64,000 bases of DNA, from the IMG/VR virus record IMGVR_UViG_3300042691_020140, positions 1-64,000 of that record; one strand, written 5' to 3'. Below the pieces are notes generated by a model, which searched no databases, had not been told where the DNA came from, and was given only the letters and a program-made list of their open reading frames with translations. Source of the DNA: a virus. Position numbers and translations under genes: made by a program. Of the stretch, positions 27,634 through 36,975 are shown one piece after another (the first letter of the stretch is position 1; each line of letters opens with the position of its first letter).

Positions 27634-28183
27634 GGTAGGTTTCCTCTTCTTCTTCGTCTGGTTCTTCCATTTGGTTGAGTCCTAAATACTCTTCCTCAAT
27701 TATCCATAGCTTACATGCAGCGTCCTCTTCAATGTCACCACTGACAATAGCACATGCGCCGGAATCTTCAGCGAAGAAAACACAATTTTTACAGGCGATC
27801 CCCTCAGATGCAAAGACATTTTTCTCTGCTGGTATGTAGTGTGCACCGTTAGCACCTACGCCTTTATCAAACATACCCATATACTCGACTGAGGTAATAT
27901 AGGAACTAATAAGAAACTGTTGTCTATCATTAAGTTCTTCATCCTCAGCAAGTGATTTAATACCCCTAAGTTCTGTAAGCTTGTGACCTACAAAAACATC
28001 GGTGGCTTCGTAATTTCCATCTGAATCTTTTCTGTATACTTGAATACGAGCAGCAGGTTCATCTGGAGTTCCGGTGACTTTAGCGTCAATACCGGGGACT
28101 GTACCATTTCTAACGATACGTACAATCTTACCTCTGGCAGTACCGCCTGAAGAGTCCCATTCAACAAATTGACCTGATTTCAT
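27626..28183 (-). CDS. head-operon protein with a Tudor/DUF2945-like N-domain and a HiPIP-like 4-Cys C-domain
   Basis: GQFVEWDSSGGTARGKI...VGHK; CKNCVFF-x6-CAIVSGDIEEDAACKLW. Confidence 0.55.
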   Translation of the reverse strand: MKSGQFVEWDSSGGTARGKIVRIVRNGTVPGIDAKVTGTPDEPAARIQVYRKDSDGNYEATDVFVGHKLTELRGIKSLAEDEELNDRQQFLISSYITSVEYMGMFDKGVGANGAHYIPAEKNVFASEGIACKNCVFFAEDSGACAIVSGDIEEDAACKLWIIEEEYLGLNQMEEPDEEEEETYLV

Positions 28184-28969
28184 TTAAGCTCCCTTACTAG
28201 CGTATATTTCAAAAGAACCGGTTACAGGTTGGGTCGGGCTAATAGCTATAAAAATACCTGCGAGTGGGCTATCTAGTGCAGGTATGTAGCTAAAAGCAGT
28301 ACCAGAAGTAGTCGGGTTATAACAAACAAATGCTCTAGTAGCGTCTTGACCGGCGATACCACTAAGTGTACCTGAGTACAACTCAAAATCAACATCAAAC
28401 TGACCAAAGTCGCCGAAGATTGAAATAGGTAAAGCATGACCTGTAGCATCAGTGTCGTTGGTTAACGTATGCTTGAAAAACACTGATACTCTTCTAAAAC
28501 CAGAGCGAGATAGTGGTATGTACACCTGCTTAGCTGTATTATTTGACGAGTAGTTAAAGAACGTCGAGTATGCAGAAACCACAGTACCGTTAAACGAACC
28601 AGAAGAAACAACTACGTCGTGGTAATTGCTAGTTTGGGATGAGTTGAGTACAGTTACTTGACCGTCAGAAGCAGCCATAATAGCTCTTCGGTTGTTTAGT
28701 CTAATTGTACCCATTTCACCATCAACCATTTCGGTAAAATCACCGCCGGTTAAATCATTTATGTAAACACCGCCAATAGGAACTACAGTTCCTTGATACG
28801 ATGCTGATATACTAGAGTAACCAGAGAGCGATACGTTAACTGGAATTGGGTTTGCGTAATCAATTAAAGCACCAGTACTATCCGCAAAAGTAAAGGTTTG
28901 ATAATATTCTGAATTAGATTCAACTGCCGCTATTGTAATCGGCGTAGAACTCGGGACTGGTATTCCCAT
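28184..28969 (-). CDS. hypothetical virion-like protein
   Basis: 261 aa, Ser/Thr-rich, AGGAGG RBS. Confidence 0.6.
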   Translation of the reverse strand: MGIPVPSSTPITIAAVESNSEYYQTFTFADSTGALIDYANPIPVNVSLSGYSSISASYQGTVVPIGGVYINDLTGGDFTEMVDGEMGTIRLNNRRAIMAASDGQVTVLNSSQTSNYHDVVVSSGSFNGTVVSAYSTFFNYSSNNTAKQVYIPLSRSGFRRVSVFFKHTLTNDTDATGHALPISIFGDFGQFDVDFELYSGTLSGIAGQDATRAFVCYNPTTSGTAFSYIPALDSPLAGIFIAISPTQPVTGSFEIYASKGA

Positions 28970-29010
28970 AGGACCTCCTTAACATAAAATATGTCCTCTA
29001 TTATTATATA

Positions 29011-29379
29011 CTATTTTTGTGTCAGAATTCTTCTTACGGTTTCTCTAGATATAATTATGTCGCTCTTTTTACACATTTCTTCTATTTCCCTGATTGAAAT
29101 CTGGGGAAAGTCTCTCTTTATGTTTTTAATTAACTCGATTACAACTAACGATACTTTAGGTCTACCTTTGTTTCTATTTCTGTAATAGTTACTGTTAGCG
29201 GATTGGTCGTATATAGAAAATCTTTCCCTATAATCAATTTGACGCTGTTGTTTCATAAGCGCAGTTAACTCTACAAACCACGGTTCTTTCTCTACACCAT
29301 TATAGATAATTTCACAATCTTTACAAAATATAGAATTGCTGCTAGAGTAATTATCACAGACAGCGCACAATTTATTCAT
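29011..29379 (-). CDS. Zn-finger plus HTH putative regulator
   Basis: CxxC-x9-CxxC; GRP and ISIREIEE...ISRETVRRIL helix-turn-helix pattern. Confidence 0.6.
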   Translation of the reverse strand: MNKLCAVCDNYSSSNSIFCKDCEIIYNGVEKEPWFVELTALMKQQRQIDYRERFSIYDQSANSNYYRNRNKGRPKVSLVVIELIKNIKRDFPQISIREIEEMCKKSDIIISRETVRRILTQK

Positions 29380-29454
29380 GTCTTCCTCCTGACAACTTAA
29401 TGGGTATATTAATACCCAGTAATATTTTAGCAGATTGAGCTAAAAATAGCAAAT

Positions 29455-29559
29455 TTGACAAGAACTAAATTATGTGTTATATTTGGGGGGTAAGGGGGGC
29501 TAGGCCCCAAGTACCATATAATTAATATATTTGATTATTTATAATAACTATGATATAAT
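29455..29559 (+). promoter_or_regulatory. tandem sigma70 promoters in the divergent intergenic region
   Basis: TTGACA-N17-TATATT (29455-29483) and TTGATT-N17-TATAAT (29531-29559), both with TG; AT-rich palindromes overlap them. Confidence 0.7.
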
Positions 29560-29579
29560 TAATTATATTAAGGAGTTAT

Positions 29580-30515
29580 ATGAGAGTTTTAAGTTTATTT
29601 AGCGGTATTGGTGGTTTTGATTTAGGACTTATGCGCTCTGGTATGGAAATTGTAGCTACTTGCGAAATTGACAAACATTGTCAAAAAGTACTCAAGACTC
29701 AGTTTCCTAATGTACCCATTTATTCTGACGTTAAGGAGATTAAATTTGAACGACACTCAGTTGACCTTGTTTGTGGAGGATTCCCTTGCCAAGACCTCTC
29801 AGTCGCTGGAAGACGACGTGGGCTTGATGGAGAACGCTCTGGCCTCTGGTTTGAGTATCAGCGAATTATCGACGAAATTGAGCCTAAGTGGGTCATCATC
29901 GAAAACGTTCCGGGTCTACTCTATTCCGCCAAAGGAGAAGACTTTACCGTCATCATTCGCTGGTTGGCAGACAGGGGGTATGGCGTGGGCTGGAGAGTGC
30001 TTGACAGTCAAGGTTTTGGACTTGCCCAAAGACGCAAGAGAGTCTTCATTGTCGCAAGTTTTGGAAGTCCAAGCGGATGCACGTTACTTCTTGAGCCCGA
30101 AAGCCTGCGCCGGGATTCTCTACCGAGCAAAGAAGAAGGGGAAGAACATCCCAGAACCATTGCGAAGTGCCTTAGCACGCACGGCTGGAGAAACGACGCT
30201 TCAGTAGAAACCTATGTAGAGTATGTACTGTGGGAAGCTTCTCATGGTTACGATCCGGCTAGAGTAAGTCCTGACCCTGAGTTAGTTCCTACTTTATCAG
30301 CTAAAATGGGCACTGGTGGTAACAATGTTCCGCTAGTTGGCTTACGTAGGCTAACCCCAGTCGAGTGTGAGAGGTTGCAGGGATTTCCCGACAACTGGAC
30401 AGCCGGTAATTCTGACACACAGCGTTATAAACAATTAGGTAATGCTGTTTCAGTTCCGGTTATTGAATGGATAGGTAATAAAATTATGGGAGTATCGAAT
30501 GGACAACAAGGCTAA
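29580..30515 (+). CDS. DNA cytosine-C5 methyltransferase
   Basis: FSGIGG, GFPCQ, ENV, QRRKRVF, RRLTPVECERLQGFP, LGNAV. Confidence 0.96.
   Translation: MRVLSLFSGIGGFDLGLMRSGMEIVATCEIDKHCQKVLKTQFPNVPIYSDVKEIKFERHSVDLVCGGFPCQDLSVAGRRRGLDGERSGLWFEYQRIIDEIEPKWVIIENVPGLLYSAKGEDFTVIIRWLADRGYGVGWRVLDSQGFGLAQRRKRVFIVASFGSPSGCTLLLEPESLRRDSLPSKEEGEEHPRTIAKCLSTHGWRNDASVETYVEYVLWEASHGYDPARVSPDPELVPTLSAKMGTGGNNVPLVGLRRLTPVECERLQGFPDNWTAGNSDTQRYKQLGNAVSVPVIEWIGNKIMGVSNGQQG
29746..30207 (+). CDS. overprinted ORF in the +1 frame of the methyltransferase, resembling the M.EcoHK31I beta polypeptide
   Basis: AAGGAG 7 nt before TTG 29746; 153 aa; W-x2-GGMAWAGE...SLSQVLE...FLSPKAC...RAKKKGKNIPEPL. Confidence 0.65.
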   Translation: MNDTQLTLFVEDSLAKTSQSLEDDVGLMENALASGLSISELSTKLSLSGSSSKTFRVYSIPPKEKTLPSSFAGWQTGGMAWAGECLTVKVLDLPKDARESSLSQVLEVQADARYFLSPKACAGILYRAKKKGKNIPEPLRSALARTAGETTLQ

Positions 30516-30825
30516 TGGGTACGTTAAGTACCCTGAACAGACAAAGGAGTTGGAGGAGATTCTTGAGACTATGCGGCACATTCTTATTGTTAAGAATCAA
30601 GATTACTCTCCGTGGAACATGCTGGGAACTGGTGATATTGGTTCTGTAGTACGTATTTGGGATAAGACAGCCCGTCTTATGAACCTTTATGGTTTTGATA
30701 TTGCTACAGGGACGTTTACCGGTAAGAGAAGTCCTAAGAACGAGAGCATTGAGGACAATTTGCTTGATTTGGCGAATTATGCTATAATTTCATTATTACT
30801 TTTAAGGGGGAAGTGGGGAAAATGA
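30499..30825 (+). CDS. nucleotide-modification-associated domain 1 (DUF1599-like) protein
   Basis: KNQDY, VRIWDK-x-ARL, ESIEDNLLDLANYAII. Confidence 0.8.
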   Translation: MDNKANGYVKYPEQTKELEEILETMRHILIVKNQDYSPWNMLGTGDIGSVVRIWDKTARLMNLYGFDIATGTFTGKRSPKNESIEDNLLDLANYAIISLLLLRGKWGK

Positions 30826-31199
30826 CAATGGACATTAATCCAGAGACTGGTGAAGTAGCGGAAATTAACATGGACACTCTTGAGGGTTATCAAGCTTTCG
30901 TTCGTTCGACTAAGGCGTATGACCCTGAGTACCAGTTAGTTTATCCTATTCTTGGTTTGGCTAACGAGGCTGGTGAAGTTGCTGGTAAGCTCAAGAAAAT
31001 TATGCGTGACGAAAATGGGCAGTTATCACAGGAATCGTTCAAGGCTCTTGTAGCCGAGTTGGGTGATGTTTTGTGGTACGTTACAGCCACAGCCGACGAT
31101 TTGGGTATTACTATTTCGGATATTTTCTACGAGAATTATCAGAAGCTTAGCAGTCGAAAAGCCCGTGGTGTAATTAAGGGTAGTGGAGACAATCGATGA
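30813..31199 (+). CDS. mazG: MazG-like NTP pyrophosphohydrolase
   Basis: LGLANEAGEV-x2-KLKK, ELGDVLWYV, GSGDNR. Confidence 0.9.
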   Translation: MGKMTMDINPETGEVAEINMDTLEGYQAFVRSTKAYDPEYQLVYPILGLANEAGEVAGKLKKIMRDENGQLSQESFKALVAELGDVLWYVTATADDLGITISDIFYENYQKLSSRKARGVIKGSGDNR

Positions 31200-31471
31200 C
31201 TGACTCCGGTTACGGCTTTAGAGCCAAATTCAGCGTAACTGAGTGGTCTTACAACGAGGACAACAAGACTTTTCGTATTAAGTTGATTGTTGCTCCTCAG
31301 GGTACTGATGAGTATGATTACATCGAGATTGTAGTTAATGACTACAATGAAAGTCACCATGACTTTGCACTACGTGTGACCACGTTAGCTTCTATAGCGT
31401 ACACCGACATTCTAAAACTTCGGGAGAAGAAGCGTGTTCTCACCGATTTAACATTCTACGCTAAAATATAA
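31196..31471 (+). CDS. hypothetical protein
   Basis: ATGA overlap with mazG. Confidence 0.6.
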   Translation: MTDSGYGFRAKFSVTEWSYNEDNKTFRIKLIVAPQGTDEYDYIEIVVNDYNESHHDFALRVTTLASIAYTDILKLREKKRVLTDLTFYAKI

Positions 31472-31485
31472 TATAAGAGGTAATA

Positions 31486-33636
31486 ATGTATCTTAAGCCT
31501 GAGTTTTTGAATAAGTACCCTGATAACCCCCAATGGAACTCTCTGTTGGGGCAGTTTGTTTATCTTCGCACGTATTCACGATTTGACCACATCAAAGGTC
31601 GCCGTGAGCACTGGAAAGAGACCTGTGCTCGTGTGGTTAACTACAGTATGAGTTTGTACGAGGGTCCAGCTGACACCGCTGAGTTGCGGGATGAGGCTGA
31701 GAAGTTGTTTCACGAGATGTTTAATCTCCGTTTGTTCACTGCCGGTCGTACAATGTGGATTGGCGGTACTGAAGCTGCACGTAAGTTCCCTTTGTCGAAC
31801 TTTAACTGTTCGTTCACGGTAGTGGACTCGTACCGTGCGTTTGTCGATGCCTTTTATCTTATGATGCTCGGTACTGGGGTTGGTTTCCGCGTTCTTCAGA
31901 ACGACGTTAGTCAGCTTAAGGCTATCAAAACTAACGTAGTTGTAGCCCACAAGCCTTACCATCCTAAGATGCAGGAAAACCGTGTGGATAATACCACTGT
32001 TTATGAAGACAGTGGTGGCGTGTACATTATCGTAGGCGACTCAAAAGAGGGTTGGGTAGATGCACTTAATATTTACTTTGACGTTCTGACTAGTAATAAG
32101 CAGATTGAATCAATCATGATTAACTACGATAATGTTCGTCAGCAGGGTGAGATTCTTAAGACTTTCGGCGGTCGTGCCTCTGGTCATACTGCTTTGCGTG
32201 ACATGTTTAAGCAAATTCATAAGGTTGTTTGTCGTGGTACTAACAAGTTGTCAACAGTTCAAGCTATGGACATTATGAACATCATCGGTTCATGTGTTGT
32301 CGTAGGTGGAGTGCGCCGTTCGTCGGAGATTACTCTTTTTGATATTGGTGACAAGGAAGTTATGGATGCTAAGGTGGACTTGTGGTCGGATCCGGCTAAG
32401 GCTGACTTCTACTACCGTGGTATGAGTAATAACTCAATCTACTTTACCTCGAAGCCGACCAAAGCGCAGCTTGAGGATATTTTTAAGCGTGTCCTTAATA
32501 ACGGCGAGCCGGGCTTCATTAACGCAACTGCCGCAGCTAAACGACGGCCCAACTATGCGGGCACTAACCCATGTGCTGAAATCTTGCTTGCTGACAACGG
32601 TGTTTGTAACTTGTCCGAGGTTAACGTGGCCGGTTTTGTTGGTTATGACGCCAGTAAACGTCCGTACATCGACTTTAACAAGTTAGCAGATGCTATCAAG
32701 CTTGCTACCCGTGTTGGTCTCCGTATGACTAATGTTGAGCTTGAACTTGCTCACTGGGACGTGGTTCAGAAGCGTGACCGCTTGACTGGTGTTTCGTTGA
32801 CTGGTTTTGTCGAGGCTATGGACGCTGTAGGTGTCGATAGTTCAGACCCGAACTCTTTTGTACCAATCACTACAGAGGACGGTTCGTACTATTCATTGTT
32901 GTTGGGTGACTTCTTGCGGACTCTCAATATTACGGCTAACGAGGAGGCGAATATTTACGCAAAAGAAATGCGTATTCCAGCCCCGTTGTTGGTCACGACC
33001 GTAAAGCCGTCGGGTACGATTTCTCAGCTCCCGACTGTATCATCAGGCGGTCATAGTTCATATGCACCATACTACATCCGCCGTGTTCGTATTTCGTCTT
33101 TTGACCCATTGGCAAAGACTATGTTGGCTGTTGGCTATCCAGTATACCCAGAAGCTACTACCATGCGTCCGGAAGAGTTTGTCAAATTGTCAAACTTCGA
33201 GCGTATGAAAGTGTTGGATAGTGCTCAGACTTGGGTAATTGAATTCCCAATTAAGACCAGTGCTAAGCGTTCTGCTAACTCAGAATCAGCCGTTGAGCAA
33301 CTCAGTCGCTATTTTACTTTGCAGGAGTACTGGACTGACCATAACACTTCAATTACAATCACTTTCTCACCTGAGGAGGTTGATGAGATTATTGAAATGA
33401 TTCTGGAGAATTGGGACCATTATATCGGCGTATCATTCCTGCCAAAGAACACCACTGCTTACCCTCTTCTTCCTTACGAAGAGATTAATGCAGAAGAGTT
33501 TGCAAAGCGACGTAACCAAGTCGAGCATATCACTTGGGAAAACATCGTAGCTGAGTTGGTTCAGCGTGAGTCTAAGCAGACTGAAGAAGACGAGTTTGAC
33601 CCAGATTGTGTCGGTGGCGCATGCCCTGTGCGCTGA
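31486..33636 (+). CDS. nrdJ: class II (B12-dependent) ribonucleoside-triphosphate reductase
   Basis: RTYSR, NC, GGVRRS, TNPCAEI, CNL, VKPSGT and C-terminal CVGGACPVR. Confidence 0.95.
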   Translation: MYLKPEFLNKYPDNPQWNSLLGQFVYLRTYSRFDHIKGRREHWKETCARVVNYSMSLYEGPADTAELRDEAEKLFHEMFNLRLFTAGRTMWIGGTEAARKFPLSNFNCSFTVVDSYRAFVDAFYLMMLGTGVGFRVLQNDVSQLKAIKTNVVVAHKPYHPKMQENRVDNTTVYEDSGGVYIIVGDSKEGWVDALNIYFDVLTSNKQIESIMINYDNVRQQGEILKTFGGRASGHTALRDMFKQIHKVVCRGTNKLSTVQAMDIMNIIGSCVVVGGVRRSSEITLFDIGDKEVMDAKVDLWSDPAKADFYYRGMSNNSIYFTSKPTKAQLEDIFKRVLNNGEPGFINATAAAKRRPNYAGTNPCAEILLADNGVCNLSEVNVAGFVGYDASKRPYIDFNKLADAIKLATRVGLRMTNVELELAHWDVVQKRDRLTGVSLTGFVEAMDAVGVDSSDPNSFVPITTEDGSYYSLLLGDFLRTLNITANEEANIYAKEMRIPAPLLVTTVKPSGTISQLPTVSSGGHSSYAPYYIRRVRISSFDPLAKTMLAVGYPVYPEATTMRPEEFVKLSNFERMKVLDSAQTWVIEFPIKTSAKRSANSESAVEQLSRYFTLQEYWTDHNTSITITFSPEEVDEIIEMILENWDHYIGVSFLPKNTTAYPLLPYEEINAEEFAKRRNQVEHITWENIVAELVQRESKQTEEDEFDPDCVGGACPVR

Positions 33637-33661
33637 CACAAAAATAGGGTATATTAGTAGA

Positions 33662-33735
33662 GAGGTAGTTTTACAGGAGTTTCATCCACCTAAAAGTGGG
33701 TTTACTTCTCTAAAACTACCTCGATTTTTTATTTT
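33662..33735 (+). terminator. long hairpin plus T-tract after nrdJ
   Basis: GAGGTAGTTTTA...TAAAACTACCTC with inner pairing, then TTTTTTATTTT. Confidence 0.6.
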
Positions 33736-33745
33736 AGGGGTACTT

Positions 33746-34393
33746 ATGGCTAAGAAATCAAGGTTTCAAGAAATATTAGAGGAATATAGCCTTAAATACG
33801 ACTTAGAGACGTTAAATTCTCCTAACGACCGAGCTAATTTGGAAATGTTGATTAACAACCAAGTGCTTGTGGAACGTCTTCAGGGGGAGTTGCTTCAGTT
33901 AACAGAAGAATCCGCAGTTGACAATATCGATGACATAAAAAACATCAGTAACGCTATGCGTGATATTATTGAAAGAAACTTGCAGATTGAGCGTGCTCTC
34001 GCTTTAGACCGCAAGACACGTAAGTCAGAAAACAGTGACAGTATAGCATCGTACATTACTAATCTTAAAGTTGTAGCTCAAAACTTTCTCGAAAAAAGGT
34101 TAATTAAAGTCTACTGCCCGGACTGTAAAGTTCTTGTGGCTAGATTTGCCCCAGTTATGGACCACACGGCGTTTCATTTCGAGACTCAGTGTAGTCAGTG
34201 CGGACAGCGTGTTATAATGGGGCGTAAAGCCGAGGCTGAGGGCGTATTCTTCGACATCAAAGACTACCGCTGGAGAAAGCAATATCTCTATGAGGTAGTG
34301 CAGCCGGATATGGCTAAAGATACTCCAGAGTTAGACAGCGAAGAGGAGTTATTTATTATAGAGGACGAAGATGGCACTACAGAAAAAGATTGA
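33746..34393 (+). CDS. putative terminase small subunit with a Zn ribbon
   Basis: ATG 33746; helical region, CPDC...CSQC; overlaps the start of terL. Confidence 0.45.
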   Translation: MAKKSRFQEILEEYSLKYDLETLNSPNDRANLEMLINNQVLVERLQGELLQLTEESAVDNIDDIKNISNAMRDIIERNLQIERALALDRKTRKSENSDSIASYITNLKVVAQNFLEKRLIKVYCPDCKVLVARFAPVMDHTAFHFETQCSQCGQRVIMGRKAEAEGVFFDIKDYRWRKQYLYEVVQPDMAKDTPELDSEEELFIIEDEDGTTEKD

Positions 34394-36974
34394 AGAAGCT
34401 GAGATAGCCCTACTCGAAGTTATTGAGGATCCAATATGGTTCAGTGAGTTTCTACGCTCGACCAATCAGGGTGACATGAACAAAAACAACTGGCCGTCGG
34501 ACGAGTTTAAGCACAGACCGTACCAGAAAGAAATCCTGACCGACCAAAATAAACATATTGTAATTACTGGTGGACGTTCAATCGGTAAATGTCAGCCGCT
34601 AAGCTCTAGAGTGTTTACAACCGAGGGCTACAAAACTGTAGGACAGCTAGTCAGACTAAAAGGTAGAGCGTTTATGGCTTATGCCTACGGTACTGATGGT
34701 AAATTTAGACCCAGAAGAGCTGTAGTTACTAAAGATAAGTGGAAAAAGCTAGTAAAACTCTACATGCCTAACAACATTGAGCTCGAGTGTACTGAAAACC
34801 ACCCTATCCTAACCACAGAGGGATTTAAACTAGCCGGTGATATAAAAATAGGCGAGTTAGTTGCCGTTACAAATATTCTCCCGTCAGTGCACTGTGTGAA
34901 TGATAGCTTTTCTTGGTTTGAACTTAGACTTTTAGGTTACTCAGCACTAAATCGCTTAAAGCTTGTAGGTTATGTGGGTATTAAACCTAAGTTTAACCAA
35001 ATTGCAGAAGAGCTAGAACTTATCGCAAAAGAAACCTACTGTAACTTACGTGTAGAAGACGGTGCATACTTCCTAGATAGAATAAAGACTGGTCAGAACA
35101 GACACTACCTAAGAAACTTGTGGCACGAAATTGGTATGTATGCTGTAGATAAGCGAAGAATTACCAAACTTACTTTCCTGAAAAAGGAGAAGTTAGACAA
35201 CATTAAAGTATTTCTCGAAGCGGTGTTTGCTCAGTATGCTACCCTCTCCAGAGACAAGATTACTTTAGAAGTGTTCAACAAAGAGTACGTTAAAGACTTT
35301 CAGGAGTTGTTGATGTACTTTGGAGTTAACACAGTCATAACTAAGACAGAACGGCGATTCAAGGACACAGTTAGCTTCCCCATCGACGACCGCATCTACA
35401 TCCTAGAAACTATCGATAAGGAAAACGCTCACAGATTCTGGTCTATTTTTAAGTTACCCGGTGTTAAAACTAATTTCCAACCAACCACTTTGGAAGAAGT
35501 GGAACCCTTGCGATGGGAGCCAGTATTACGTAAAACTAAAAAGGACTATGAGACGGTTACCTACGCTGTGTCGGTTTACACAGATGAGACCTACATCTCA
35601 GAACACGTAGTTGTTCATAATTCTGTAATTATCGAAGACTTATTAACATACCAAATTGTAAACAACGACGTAGAATTCCCAAAGACATCTGAGCAAGTTC
35701 TTGTTACACCAAATACCAGTCAAATGACTCCGCTGTTAGATAGGTTAATTCTTAAGTTTACAACCTCACCCCTACTTAGTGAGTTTCTAGGCAATAATGT
35801 AAATAGGTCTAAAGGAACTCTTGACTTTAAGTTTGGCGGTAGAAATCATAGATTTTACGCCCGTATTGCAGGCTCTAAAGAATCGAATAACTTGGTAGGT
35901 TTACACATTCCTAAAATTGCTGGTGATGAAATGCAATTGTTCCCAATGACCGCATTTAATCAGTTACAACCAACGTTAAACACATGGGAGCCTAAAGTTC
36001 AGGAAGTATATTGCGGAGTTCCTAATGGGTTAAGAAATTCGGCTCTGTACGACCTAGATATTCGTAGACCTAAGTACAAAAAATACAGAATACCATCACC
36101 CAATAATCCTTACTTTACACTAGATGATTGGAACGATGCCCTGCGAAAGTACGGTGGTATTGAGGAGGACATTTTCCAGCAACTAGTTTTAGGTAGACAC
36201 GGATCTGCTAGTTTTCAAGTTATTCCAAGAGATTCAATCGTTACTGAGGCTTTCGACTTCTATGCGTATAGATTTTCAAATAACGACAAACTTAAGGGTA
36301 AGAAATTTGAAGACGTACTTAAACTACACCAGTTAAAGGGTCAGGATGCGATACTCTTTGCTATAGACACTGGGTTTTCAGACCCGACTATCATCCAAGT
36401 AATAGGGATGAAAGATAATAAATACAGAACTTTTGTACGGTATAGACTAACTAAAATAGACTATCCAGAACAAGAGAGAATTATTCACTATCTATCAAAG
36501 CATTACAATCCAAGTAGAATAGCAATCGACGTAGGTGCTGGTGGTGGTGGTGCAGGTATGTACCAATCACTGTCTTCACGAGAAGAATATGCTTCAGGAA
36601 AATATAATGAACGAATTATTACTGTTCTCTTTAATGAGCGTGTACCAGTCGGCAGAACCGACGATGATACAGAACTTACTGAGGTTTTTCGTTCTTGGGG
36701 CTCGAAAGAGCTTGCAAGGATGGTCACAGAGGGTGACATGATTTTCTCAGAAATTGACGTTGAGGGTATTTCTCAGCTAGAGCGATTAACCCGACAGAAA
36801 AGAATGACTGGTAATGACCATTACTTTGTCATGGGAGAAAGGGGCAACGGCGCATCGGACGATGACCACATATTTGCGTCGTACTTATGTTTTATCTACG
36901 CATTACGAGGTAAGACACAAACAATAACTAGCGTTGGTCTGGGTAGACCAGTTTCCAACACAACATCGAGGTAA
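34371..36974 (+). CDS. terL: terminase large subunit interrupted by an intein
   Basis: PYQ, Walker A GRSIGK/S, Walker B IAGDE, nuclease AIDTG and DDH. Confidence 0.92.
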   Translation: MALQKKIEEAEIALLEVIEDPIWFSEFLRSTNQGDMNKNNWPSDEFKHRPYQKEILTDQNKHIVITGGRSIGKCQPLSSRVFTTEGYKTVGQLVRLKGRAFMAYAYGTDGKFRPRRAVVTKDKWKKLVKLYMPNNIELECTENHPILTTEGFKLAGDIKIGELVAVTNILPSVHCVNDSFSWFELRLLGYSALNRLKLVGYVGIKPKFNQIAEELELIAKETYCNLRVEDGAYFLDRIKTGQNRHYLRNLWHEIGMYAVDKRRITKLTFLKKEKLDNIKVFLEAVFAQYATLSRDKITLEVFNKEYVKDFQELLMYFGVNTVITKTERRFKDTVSFPIDDRIYILETIDKENAHRFWSIFKLPGVKTNFQPTTLEEVEPLRWEPVLRKTKKDYETVTYAVSVYTDETYISEHVVVHNSVIIEDLLTYQIVNNDVEFPKTSEQVLVTPNTSQMTPLLDRLILKFTTSPLLSEFLGNNVNRSKGTLDFKFGGRNHRFYARIAGSKESNNLVGLHIPKIAGDEMQLFPMTAFNQLQPTLNTWEPKVQEVYCGVPNGLRNSALYDLDIRRPKYKKYRIPSPNNPYFTLDDWNDALRKYGGIEEDIFQQLVLGRHGSASFQVIPRDSIVTEAFDFYAYRFSNNDKLKGKKFEDVLKLHQLKGQDAILFAIDTGFSDPTIIQVIGMKDNKYRTFVRYRLTKIDYPEQERIIHYLSKHYNPSRIAIDVGAGGGGAGMYQSLSSREEYASGKYNERIITVLFNERVPVGRTDDDTELTEVFRSWGSKELARMVTEGDMIFSEIDVEGISQLERLTRQKRMTGNDHYFVMGERGNGASDDDHIFASYLCFIYALRGKTQTITSVGLGRPVSNTTSR
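34590..35621 (+). mobile_element. intein (344 aa) with degenerate LAGLIDADG-type endonuclease
   Basis: Starts CQPLSSRV after Walker A Lys73; block B CTENHPILT; ends VVHN followed by Ser. Confidence 0.92.
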
Positions 36975-36975
36975 A

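Noticed and set aside
24-29185. Plus-strand ORFs opposite the replication and virion genes, and short minus-strand ORFs opposite 31-44 kb genes
   Set aside because: Antisense shadows of well-supported genes, without RBS or motifs.
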